From contig JAKPTZ010000001.1 of NCBI GenBank assembly GCA_029555025.1, positions 9,782 to 73,781 on the forward strand: 64,000 nt of DNA. The letters are read 5' to 3'. A program made the translations under genes and the position numbers. The stretch comes from Deltaproteobacteria bacterium (lineage in GTDB: Bacteria > Myxococcota_A > UBA9042 > DTJE01). Of this stretch, positions 35,213 through 43,916 are shown piece after piece; the stretch's first letter is position 1; each line of letters opens with the position of its first letter. Below the pieces are notes generated by a model. It did no database searches, was not told where the DNA came from, and saw nothing but the letters and a program-made list of their open reading frames with translations.

Positions 35213-38125
35213 TCAGTCCGCGGCAACGACGAAGTCGCCGTTGACGAAGTAATCCCAGTCGCTTGAGTTCTGCCCCTGCAGCGGAGGCCTGATGGTCACC
35301 GTGTGCTCAATGCCCGGTTCATCCCTGTCGGGGAAGTAGTAGAGCCACTGGTCTTCACGATCCCACAGTGCGTATCCGTCGGAAAGCCACACATAGAAGC
35401 CGTCCGGATACTGAAGTTCGGGAACGAAAATCACCGTTGGAGCATGGGTTTCCTTGCTCTTGAAAACGATCTGGAACTCGCGTTCCGCGTTCGGCACGCC
35501 CTTCTCCGGGTCGAAGTAGTGCAGATCCGAATAGAAATGGGTGCTTACCGGCTTGCCCGAGATCAGGTGCGCGTACGGCCTGACGAAGGCCCTGTGTCCC
35601 CTGGGCGCGACAACGCCTTCCGGCTGTTCAACCTTGACCAGGTAACGTTCCGGTATTGCCTTGAAGGCATTCTCGTACCTTTCCGGTTCGCGGGATTTCT
35701 GTATGAATTCGACAAGCGAGAAGTCCTCGTGATCCCAGTAATCGCCGAGTTTCGGATCCGCATCCGGCGTATATACCCAGACCATGTTCCCGTGCATCAT
35801 CTGTTCGTAGTTCTCGTAGTAGTTGTCCAGAATCTGCGTGCTGATTTCGTAATCGAACTGACGTGACTGGATGTAACCGATTGGGCAGTTGAACTTCGCA
35901 GGTTCGCAGGCGGGATCCAGGAACTTGTCCTTTGCCAGGCGGCATTCCTTCAGTTCTTCGTCGCACGCCTCGTCGTTTTCCAGGTAACGGAAGTTCCAGT
36001 ACGTCCCGAATTCGCCCATGACGAACGGGATATTGTTGTATGCGAATTTCGCCCAGTCGGCCTTTTCCTTGATCACCGACGAGTAGTCCCTGAAATCGTA
36101 TTCGTCCATCGCGAATGTGCGTTCAGGCATGTTCAGGCCGATCATCGGATAGATGTCGGGATACCAGTGGGGTGACCAGACGAACTTGATTTCACCGAAT
36201 TTCTTCTCGAATTCCGGGGCCCCCGGGATGTCGGGCGTGGTTGCGTACTGCTGGTACTGTCCGCCGACGCCGCCGGCCCCGCCGCCGAGCAGCATGTCGA
36301 TGCCGTGCGCAGGTTCCAGCCAGAATGTCAGGCGGTTCGCCGGGGGTGTCTTTTCGTCTTCGGAATAGACCTTCAGGATACCTTCGCCGACGTATTCGTA
36401 AAGCGGTTCAAGGCAGTTCTTGTCAACCGCCATGTTCATTCCCAGGACCTTTATCAGGTCGGCGCCGTAAAGCCCCAGCATCTTGCGGGTTTCGTCGGTG
36501 TTGTCCTTCGGCAGGATGGCCAGGTTGGCCTCGATGACCTGCTGGGCCACCTCGCCGATGGTCTGGCCGCCGGGCAGCTTCATCGGGAGTCCCTCGTCGT
36601 CGAGCACGACGCCGTCAAGCAGGCTTGCCACAAGATCCGGCGACCCAAGTTCCAGGTATGCCAGGACGATTGACATCAGGACATAGACCGCGGCAGGTTC
36701 GTTCAGGATGTCGTAGCCGATTACGTTGGGGTACTTCTTCCCGATCCTGGCGATTTCTTCCCACGCGCCCCGGAATCCTTCCTGCAGCGATTCGCGCAGG
36801 TTGTTGACCTTCACATAGGTGTATCCCGCCGACCGCAGCTCGGCGGCCCTGGCATCGGCCTCTTCCGGGGTGTAGAAGGTTTCGATCTCGAGTCCTTCAT
36901 CGAGCCTGTCCGAGTATCCGTATTCAACCGTGCGGCGGTTCGGAAAGACTTCATCCCCGCTGTAGAATGCGGCAAAACAGATGTTCGTCTGCAGCGACAC
37001 GCCGTTGTTGATTCCCCACATCTTGAAGGGCAGCCCGTCGTAGGTGTCCTGCGAGCCGAAAGCGGTCGGCGGGAGGTAGGGTTCCATCCTGTCGAGCTGG
37101 GCGGTGATCTGCTCCTCGATTTCGTGGGTGATCATCGGTTCTTCCAGGTTGGCAAGGGTTGCCGCGATCATCTTGATGATGGTGAACAGATCCATGTAGA
37201 GGATGTCGCCGGTCTGGTTCACGGCAGCCCCGAGAAGCTTGCTGACGCCCCAGTAAGGAGATTCGAAGTTCTTTTCCGGAAGGCAGACCTGGCTTGCCCA
37301 CAGCGGTGCGCCGTCGCCGCTTACGCGGTCGTTGAAACCGGCACGGTACTTGGCTGCCTTCACCTCGGGCGTGTCCGACGCCTGGATGCCCAGTTCGTTG
37401 CGGGTCTTTGACGGGAAAACCGACCACAGCATGTTCATCGGATCGCCCTGGGGACAGCATTCGGCCTTGCGGTCATCGGTGCAGACGATGTCGGTCACTT
37501 TTCCGTCGGGGTCGATCGCGAAGTTGTCGGCGTTGTAGTTGCAGCACTGCTGGCAGACCGGCCAGTTGCTGTAAAGGCTGTAGAAGGTCCTGCTCCACAG
37601 GTTTTCATGCAGGTTGATCATCACGTAGATGTCGTACTTCGCGGCCAGTTCGACAATCTTTTCGAAGTATTCGAGGTATTCGCGATCGGGCTTGAACTTC
37701 TTTTCCGGATAGACCGTTTCCCACAGCCACAGAAGCCTTACCGAGTTGAAGCCAAGATCCTTCATCTGCTTGAAGTACTCTTCCGCCTTGGCCAGGCTGA
37801 AAGGCCTTCCAACGTACGAAAACGGCAGTTCGGCGCCGTCCTTCATGGCCTGGATCTGATCGCCGACGTGGCCGTAATAAGTCTGGGGCGTTTCGTCGTT
37901 CCTGGTCGAACGCACCACCGGAACCTTGATGTTTCCGCCCAGGTTGATGCCTTTAATGTTCAGGTACCGCCCTTCGGTATCCTTGAACCACGTAAGGTCG
38001 GTCACGATCGGTTTCAGGCCGTCGTTCAGATCGGGCTTTTCACCGGAACATCCCGAAAGGAACGCAAGGGCCACCGTCACGGCAAGCGTGGCAAGCGAAC
38101 CCCGGAGAAGGTCGGTCCGTTTCAT
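35213..38125 (-). CDS. glycoside hydrolase family 5 lipoprotein, endoglycoceramidase-like, with large insertions
   Basis: ORF 35213..38221(-), with the start trimmed to MKRTDLL (ATG at 38125, lipobox AFLSGC). GH5 landmarks are FNSVRLLWLWE, VMINLHENLW, the acid/base motif GYDILNEPA and the nucleophile motif FVMGEFG. The segments WFKDTEGRYLNIKGINLG and GDGAPLWA resemble Rhodococcus endoglycoceramidase II as I remember it. Confidence 0.75.
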   Translation of the reverse strand: MKRTDLLRGSLATLAVTVALAFLSGCSGEKPDLNDGLKPIVTDLTWFKDTEGRYLNIKGINLGGNIKVPVVRSTRNDETPQTYYGHVGDQIQAMKDGAELPFSYVGRPFSLAKAEEYFKQMKDLGFNSVRLLWLWETVYPEKKFKPDREYLEYFEKIVELAAKYDIYVMINLHENLWSRTFYSLYSNWPVCQQCCNYNADNFAIDPDGKVTDIVCTDDRKAECCPQGDPMNMLWSVFPSKTRNELGIQASDTPEVKAAKYRAGFNDRVSGDGAPLWASQVCLPEKNFESPYWGVSKLLGAAVNQTGDILYMDLFTIIKMIAATLANLEEPMITHEIEEQITAQLDRMEPYLPPTAFGSQDTYDGLPFKMWGINNGVSLQTNICFAAFYSGDEVFPNRRTVEYGYSDRLDEGLEIETFYTPEEADARAAELRSAGYTYVKVNNLRESLQEGFRGAWEEIARIGKKYPNVIGYDILNEPAAVYVLMSIVLAYLELGSPDLVASLLDGVVLDDEGLPMKLPGGQTIGEVAQQVIEANLAILPKDNTDETRKMLGLYGADLIKVLGMNMAVDKNCLEPLYEYVGEGILKVYSEDEKTPPANRLTFWLEPAHGIDMLLGGGAGGVGGQYQQYATTPDIPGAPEFEKKFGEIKFVWSPHWYPDIYPMIGLNMPERTFAMDEYDFRDYSSVIKEKADWAKFAYNNIPFVMGEFGTYWNFRYLENDEACDEELKECRLAKDKFLDPACEPAKFNCPIGYIQSRQFDYEISTQILDNYYENYEQMMHGNMVWVYTPDADPKLGDYWDHEDFSLVEFIQKSREPERYENAFKAIPERYLVKVEQPEGVVAPRGHRAFVRPYAHLISGKPVSTHFYSDLHYFDPEKGVPNAEREFQIVFKSKETHAPTVIFVPELQYPDGFYVWLSDGYALWDREDQWLYYFPDRDEPGIEHTVTIRPPLQGQNSSDWDYFVNGDFVVAAD

Positions 38126-38249
38126 GTCAATACCCCCGGAATCAAGTCGTTGAAAATCGTCCGCGCCGGGACGAAAAGTCGCTGCAAGGATAACCTGTGT
38201 AAAGGAAAATTGCCCATTCAAAATTCGGCCCTCCCGCCGGCGTCCCGCC

Positions 38250-38278
38250 TTGACAATTGTCCAGTCGTCGCCTAGAGT
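38250..38278 (+). promoter_or_regulatory. candidate sigma-70 promoter for nifJ
   Basis: TTGACA (38250-38255), a 17-nt spacer, then TAGAGT (38273-38278). A leader of about 100 nt with GC hairpins follows (CCCCGC..GCGGGG, CCGGCCTGGCCGG), then AGGAGA and the ATG at 38384. Confidence 0.5.
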
Positions 38279-38383
38279 TTCCCCGCGATTGGCGGGGCGG
38301 TACCGCCGGCCTGGCCGGATCAGAGAAACCGTTGGAAATCCGACGTGTTGCGAGTCTTATCACACTAGTTCAGGAGAAACGGG

Positions 38384-41300
38384 ATGTCCAGACGAGAGAT
38401 GGTGACGATTGACGGCAATGAAGCAACGGCATCCGTGGCACATCGCATAAGTGAAGTTATCGCGATTTACCCGATTACGCCTTCGTCCAACATGGGCGAG
38501 TGGGCTGACGACTGGTCCGCGCAGGGCCGCAGGAACATCTGGGGCACGGTTCCCCAGGTCACCGAGATGCAGTCCGAGGGCGGCGCTGCAGGCGCGGTTC
38601 ACGGCGCGTTGCAGGCCGGTGCCCTGACGACCACTTTCACGGCATCCCAGGGTCTTCTTCTGATGATCCCTAACATGTACAAGATTGCGGGCGAGCTTAC
38701 ATCCTTCGTGATGCATGTGTCCGCAAGAACCCTTGCCACGCACGCACTTTCGATTTTCGGCGATCATTCCGACGTAATGTCCTGCCGTGGAACCGGTTTC
38801 GCGATGCTTTCGTCGGCTTCGGTTCAGGAAGCCCACGACTTTGCTCTTATTTCCGCGGCGGCGACCCTGAAGTCAAGGGTGCCTTTCCTGCATTTCTTCG
38901 ATGGTTTCCGGACCAGTCACGAAGTCGCCAAGATTGAAGAGCTTACGAACGAAGACCTGGGTCACATGATCACGGACGAGATGGTCGCCGCCCACAGGGC
39001 GCGGTGCATGACCCCGGATAGTCCGGTTCTGCGCGGAACCGCCCAGAATCCCGACACGTTCTTCCAGGCCCGCGAGGCGTGCAACCGCTTCTACGATGCC
39101 TGCCCGGAAATCGTCCAGGGCGAGATGGATCGTTTCGGCGAACTGACTGGCCGTCGTTACAGCCTGGTCGAGTACTTCGGCGCCCCCGATGCCGAACGGG
39201 TGATCGTCCTGATGGGTTCCGGTTGCGACGTCGTCCACGAATACGTCGAATGGGCAATGGCGCGCGGCGAGAAGATTGGCGTCCTGAAGGTGCGTCTGTA
39301 CCGCCCGTTCCCGGTTCAGGCATTCATCGATGCCATTCCGAAGACCGTGAAGTCGATTGCGGTTCTTGACAGGACCAAGGAACCTGGCGCCGATGCCGAG
39401 CCGCTTTTCATGGACGTCGTGACCGCAATTCACGGGGCGAGGGCCGCCGGAAAGTTCCCGCTGGCCGTCGAGCCGAAGCTTGTCGCCGGTCGTTACGGCC
39501 TGTCTTCGAAGGAATTCACCCCGGCCATGATCAAGGCCGTCTATGACGAACTCGGCAGGGTCAGCCCCAGGGCGCGTTTCACCGTCGGCATCCACGACGA
39601 TGTCACGAACCTGTCGCTTGATTTTGACAAGGACTTCGATATCGAGCCCGAGGACGTCAGGCGTTCAGTGTTCTTCGGCCTGGGATCGGACGGAACCGTT
39701 GGGGCCAACAAGAACTCGATCAAGATTATTGCCGGCGATACCGACAATTTCGGCCAGGGTTACTTCGTCTATGACTCGAAGAAGGCCGGCGCAATCACCG
39801 TTTCGCACCTGCGCTTCGGGCCGCGCCAGATCCGGTCTTCATACCTGATCAGGAAGGCGAATTTTGTCGCCTGCCACCAGTACAGCTTCCTGGAAAAGTA
39901 CGACATGCTGCGCTATGCGGCAAAGGGTGCGGTCTTCCTTCTGAATGCACCTTATTCCGCCGAGGAAGTCTGGCAGCACCTGCCATGCGAGGTCCAGAAG
40001 GACATCATCGCCAAGCAGTTGAAGTTCTATGTGATCGATGCGTACAAGGTCGCCCGCGAAAACGACATGGGCGTTCGCATCAACACGATCATGCAGACGT
40101 GCTTCTTCGCGATTTCCGGGGTCCTGCCGAAGGACGATGCCATCAAGGCCATCAAGAAGGCGATTGAGAAGACCTATGGAAAGAAGGGGCCGGCCATTGT
40201 CGAAAAGAACTTTGCTGCCGTCGATAATTCGGTGGCGAACCTGCACGAAGTGAAGGTTCCGGAAATTGCCACCAGTTGCATCCTGCGTCCGCCGGCCGTG
40301 CATCCGAAGGCCCCGGATTTCGTGAAGAACGTGACTGCCCCGATGATGTCCAGCAACGGCGAGGACCTGCCGGTTTCGGCGTTCCCGGTCGATGGCACCT
40401 GGCCGACCGGCACGACCAAGTGGGAAAAGCGCAACATCGCCCTGGAAATCCCGGTGTGGGATCCGTCCCTTTGCATTCAGTGCGGAAAGTGCAGCCTGAT
40501 CTGCCCGCACGCCGCAATCAGGGCCAAGGTTTATGGTGCCGAGCATCTGGAAAAGGCCCCGGCGACTTTCAAGTGCGCCGACTACAAGGCCCCGGACTTC
40601 AAGGGCAACAAGTGGACCATCCAGATTGCGCCCGAGGACTGCACCGGCTGCGGCCTGTGCGCGAAGATTTGCCCCGGGAAGAACAAGGCCGTGGAAGGCG
40701 AAAAGGCATTGATGATGCGCGATCAGCTTCCGCTGCGTGTCACCGAGGCGCAGAATTTCGAATTCTTCCTTGGCCTGCCGAACATCGATCGCAGCAAGCT
40801 GAAGGGCGGCACCGTCAAGGGAAGCCAGCTCATGGAACCACTGTTCGAATTCTCGGGAGCCTGCGCCGGCTGCGGCGAAACTCCGTATGTGAAGCTGCTG
40901 ACCCAGCTTTTCGGCGACAGGGCGTTGATTGCCAACGCGACCGGTTGCAGCTCGATCTACGGCGGCAACCTGCCCACGACCCCGTACACCGTCAATTGCG
41001 ACGGGCGCGGACCGACCTGGAACAACAGCCTGTTTGAGGACAACGCCGAATTCGGTTTCGGCTTCCGGCTGGCGATCGACAAGCATCGCGAACAGGCGCT
41101 TGAACTGCTGAGCCTCCTGTCGGCGAAGATCGGCGACGAACTTGTTGCCGCGCTGGTCGAGGGCGCCGACAAGACGGATGATGCGGACATCGCCGCGCAG
41201 CGTGAACGGGTTGAAGGCCTTCGCGCGAAGCTCGCCGACGACAAGTCACCGGAAGCCCGCCGCCTGCTGGTTCTTGCGGACTACCTGGTTCACAAGAGCG

Positions 41301-41962
41301 TGTGGATCCTGGGCGGTGACGGATGGGCCTATGACATCGGTTACGGCGGACTGGATCACGTCCTGGCCCAGGGCCGGAACGTCAATATCCTGGTTCTGGA
41401 TACCGAGGTTTACAGCAACACCGGCGGACAGGCGTCCAAGTCAACCCCGCTGGGGGCTGCCGCCAAATTCGCGATGGCTGGAAAGGGTACCGCCAAGAAG
41501 GACCTGGCAATGATCGCCATGACCTATGGCAACGTCTATGTGGCGAAGGTCGCAATCGGCGCGAAGGATGCCCAGACCGTCAAGGCGTTCAAGGAAGCAG
41601 AATCCTGGCCGGGAACGTCCATCATCATCGCTTACTCGCACTGCATCGCCCACGGTTACGAGCTGATCGACGGGCCGGACCATCAGGCCACCGCAGTCAG
41701 CACCGGCATCTGGCCGCTGTTCCGCTGGGATCCCAGGCGTCTTGCGGAAGGTCTGAGTCCGTTGCAGCTTGATTCTGCCGCGCCGGTCGGCGATGTCGGG
41801 GACTTCGTGAAGAACGAGACCCGCTTCCGGATGGTGCAGGCCGCGAACCCGGATCGTTTCGAGAAGCTGATGGATATGGCCCGCAAGGAGGTCGCGACGC
41901 GATTTGCCATGTACGACCAGATTTCGAAGATGGACTTCTCGACCCAGAAGGATTCCGAGTAA
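38384..41962 (+). CDS. nifJ: pyruvate:ferredoxin (flavodoxin) oxidoreductase
   Basis: 1192-aa single-chain PFOR. It has two ferredoxin-type clusters (CIQCGKCSLICPHAAI and CTGCGLCAKICP), the TPP-binding GGDGWAYDIG motif and the C-terminal domain. Confidence 0.95.
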   Translation: MSRREMVTIDGNEATASVAHRISEVIAIYPITPSSNMGEWADDWSAQGRRNIWGTVPQVTEMQSEGGAAGAVHGALQAGALTTTFTASQGLLLMIPNMYKIAGELTSFVMHVSARTLATHALSIFGDHSDVMSCRGTGFAMLSSASVQEAHDFALISAAATLKSRVPFLHFFDGFRTSHEVAKIEELTNEDLGHMITDEMVAAHRARCMTPDSPVLRGTAQNPDTFFQAREACNRFYDACPEIVQGEMDRFGELTGRRYSLVEYFGAPDAERVIVLMGSGCDVVHEYVEWAMARGEKIGVLKVRLYRPFPVQAFIDAIPKTVKSIAVLDRTKEPGADAEPLFMDVVTAIHGARAAGKFPLAVEPKLVAGRYGLSSKEFTPAMIKAVYDELGRVSPRARFTVGIHDDVTNLSLDFDKDFDIEPEDVRRSVFFGLGSDGTVGANKNSIKIIAGDTDNFGQGYFVYDSKKAGAITVSHLRFGPRQIRSSYLIRKANFVACHQYSFLEKYDMLRYAAKGAVFLLNAPYSAEEVWQHLPCEVQKDIIAKQLKFYVIDAYKVARENDMGVRINTIMQTCFFAISGVLPKDDAIKAIKKAIEKTYGKKGPAIVEKNFAAVDNSVANLHEVKVPEIATSCILRPPAVHPKAPDFVKNVTAPMMSSNGEDLPVSAFPVDGTWPTGTTKWEKRNIALEIPVWDPSLCIQCGKCSLICPHAAIRAKVYGAEHLEKAPATFKCADYKAPDFKGNKWTIQIAPEDCTGCGLCAKICPGKNKAVEGEKALMMRDQLPLRVTEAQNFEFFLGLPNIDRSKLKGGTVKGSQLMEPLFEFSGACAGCGETPYVKLLTQLFGDRALIANATGCSSIYGGNLPTTPYTVNCDGRGPTWNNSLFEDNAEFGFGFRLAIDKHREQALELLSLLSAKIGDELVAALVEGADKTDDADIAAQRERVEGLRAKLADDKSPEARRLLVLADYLVHKSVWILGGDGWAYDIGYGGLDHVLAQGRNVNILVLDTEVYSNTGGQASKSTPLGAAAKFAMAGKGTAKKDLAMIAMTYGNVYVAKVAIGAKDAQTVKAFKEAESWPGTSIIIAYSHCIAHGYELIDGPDHQATAVSTGIWPLFRWDPRRLAEGLSPLQLDSAAPVGDVGDFVKNETRFRMVQAANPDRFEKLMDMARKEVATRFAMYDQISKMDFSTQKDSE

Positions 41963-42015
41963 GGGCTCCTGATTCCCGCCGTCCTGCAGTTCCCGTCCGG
42001 CCACATCCCCATTTA

Positions 42016-42044
42016 TTGCCTTGATTCCGGTCGAGGGTTAGAAT
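42016..42044 (+). promoter_or_regulatory. candidate sigma-70 promoter for the pil operon
   Basis: TTGCCT (42016-42021), a 17-nt spacer, then TAGAAT (42039-42044). Confidence 0.45.
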
Positions 42045-42101
42045 ACACGGCGCCGGACTATGTCCAGCATCCAAGCTTACCTGGTGAAACGAGGACTTCA
42101 G

Positions 42102-43916
42102 ATGCCGATTGACAACGGAAAGAATGGCAAGCTCATGATGCCACCGCCGATTCCCGACTCGCCCTCCCAGCCCCCGCGCAGCCGCGAGTACATGCCGGTC
42201 AAGGTTGACAGCGGCGCCGCGATGGGTGAAATCCTGCTGCGCGAGAAACTGGTCAACGTGGATCAGCTCCACGAGGCCAAGCAGGTTCAGGGTGACGGCG
42301 AAAATCTGGGATATACGCTTGCAAGGCTTGGATATCTTGAAGAAAGCCAGCTTCTCAACTTCCTTTCCCGCCAGTACGGGGTTCCTTCGATCAATCTGGA
42401 CGAGGTCGAGGTAATCGACGACGTGATCTCCCTGGTGCCCAGGGAGGTGGCGGAGCGTCATTGCCTGATGCCAATCGCGAGGCAGGGTTCGACCATCATC
42501 GTGGCGATGACCGACCCCGGCAACATCTACGCGATGGACGACCTGAAGTTTCTTACAGGCCTGAACGTGGAATCGGTGGTTGCCTCCGAGACCGCGATTA
42601 AGACGGCCATCGAGAGGTATTACGGCGAGTCGAAGGCAGGGGCGGATCTGGATGGAATCATCCGCGAAATGCAGGAGGAGGACGACGAGGTCAGCCTGGT
42701 TGATGAAGCCGACGCCGTCGATGTCACCGACCTGACCAAGGCGACCGAGGAAGCACCGGTTGTCAGGCTCGTCAACATGATCCTGGTTGACGCGGTCAAG
42801 CGCCAGGCTTCCGATATCCACGTCGAGAGTTACGAAAAGGACTTCCGCGTCAGGTACAGGATGGACGGGGTTCTTTACGAAATAATGCGTCCGCCGATGC
42901 GGTTCAAGAACGCGATCACGTCCCGTCTGAAGATCATGGCCGAACTGGATATCGCCGAAAGGCGTCTGCCCCAGGACGGCCGTATCAGGATGGTGATGGG
43001 ACACAAGAAGGAAGTCGATTTCCGCGTGTCGGTCCTGCCGTGCCTCTTCGGCGAGAAGATTGTTCTTCGAATCCTGGATAAGGGCGCCCTGAAGCTGTCC
43101 CTGGATGCGATCGGTTTCGAGGCCAAGCCGCTGGCCCATTTCCGCGAGGCCATCAATCAGCCGTGGGGAATGGTGCTGGTTACCGGTCCGACGGGATCCG
43201 GAAAATCGACGACCCTGTATTCGGCGCTTTCCGAATTGAACATGCCCGACACGAATATCTCCACGGCCGAAGACCCGGTTGAAATGAACATTTCGGGCAT
43301 CAATCAGGTTCACGTGCGTGAAGACATCGGGCTGACGTTTGCATCCGCGTTGAGATCCTTCATGCGGCAGGACCCCGACATCATCATGGTCGGGGAGATT
43401 CGAGACTTCGAAACGGCCGAAACCGCGGTCAAGGCCGCGTTGACAGGCCACCTGGTGCTTTCGACCCTGCATACGAACGATGCGCCATCGACCATCAACC
43501 GACTTCTGAACATGGGTATCGAACCGTTCCTGCTGACGGCCACGCTTGTCCTGATTTGTGCCCAGCGACTGGTACGCAGGATTTGCCCGGAATGCAAGGA
43601 ACCTTTCCCGGTCGATAAGAGCGTCCTCATCGACATCGGCTTTTCGCCGGAGCAGGCAGAGGGCCTGGTTCCGATGAAGGGCAAGGGCTGCAAGAATTGC
43701 AACGGGACCGGTTACCGCGGTCGGTCCGGTCTTTACGAGATCATGCCGATGTTCGACGAATTGAAGGAATACGTCCTGCAGGGATATTCGGCGATTGAAC
43801 TGAAGCGTGAAGCCATGAAGATGGGGATGCTGACGTTGCGTCAGGCCGGCCTGGCCAAGGTGGCGGCGGGAACGGCGACGATCGAGGAAGTCCTGCGCGT
43901 GACCCGCGCGGACTGA
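42102..43916 (+). CDS. pilB: type IV pilus assembly ATPase PilB (GspE family)
   Basis: It has an N-terminal T2SSE_N/MshEN-like domain, Walker A GPTGSGKST, Walker B IIMVGEIRD, the His box TGHLVLSTLHTNDA and the tetracysteine motif CPEC...CKNCNGTG. The ATG at 42102 has GAGGA upstream. An ORF-track alternative start lies at 42060. Confidence 0.92.
   Translation: MPIDNGKNGKLMMPPPIPDSPSQPPRSREYMPVKVDSGAAMGEILLREKLVNVDQLHEAKQVQGDGENLGYTLARLGYLEESQLLNFLSRQYGVPSINLDEVEVIDDVISLVPREVAERHCLMPIARQGSTIIVAMTDPGNIYAMDDLKFLTGLNVESVVASETAIKTAIERYYGESKAGADLDGIIREMQEEDDEVSLVDEADAVDVTDLTKATEEAPVVRLVNMILVDAVKRQASDIHVESYEKDFRVRYRMDGVLYEIMRPPMRFKNAITSRLKIMAELDIAERRLPQDGRIRMVMGHKKEVDFRVSVLPCLFGEKIVLRILDKGALKLSLDAIGFEAKPLAHFREAINQPWGMVLVTGPTGSGKSTTLYSALSELNMPDTNISTAEDPVEMNISGINQVHVREDIGLTFASALRSFMRQDPDIIMVGEIRDFETAETAVKAALTGHLVLSTLHTNDAPSTINRLLNMGIEPFLLTATLVLICAQRLVRRICPECKEPFPVDKSVLIDIGFSPEQAEGLVPMKGKGCKNCNGTGYRGRSGLYEIMPMFDELKEYVLQGYSAIELKREAMKMGMLTLRQAGLAKVAAGTATIEEVLRVTRAD

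Noticed and set aside
39839-41086. 415-aa minus-strand ORF inside nifJ
   Set aside because: It is antisense to the PFOR ferredoxin/TPP region. I treat it as an artefact of GC-rich codon usage.
41697-43472. 591-aa minus-strand ORF across the nifJ 3' end and pilB
   Set aside because: It is antisense to two well-supported genes and would also cross their intergenic promoter region. I treat it as a composition artefact.
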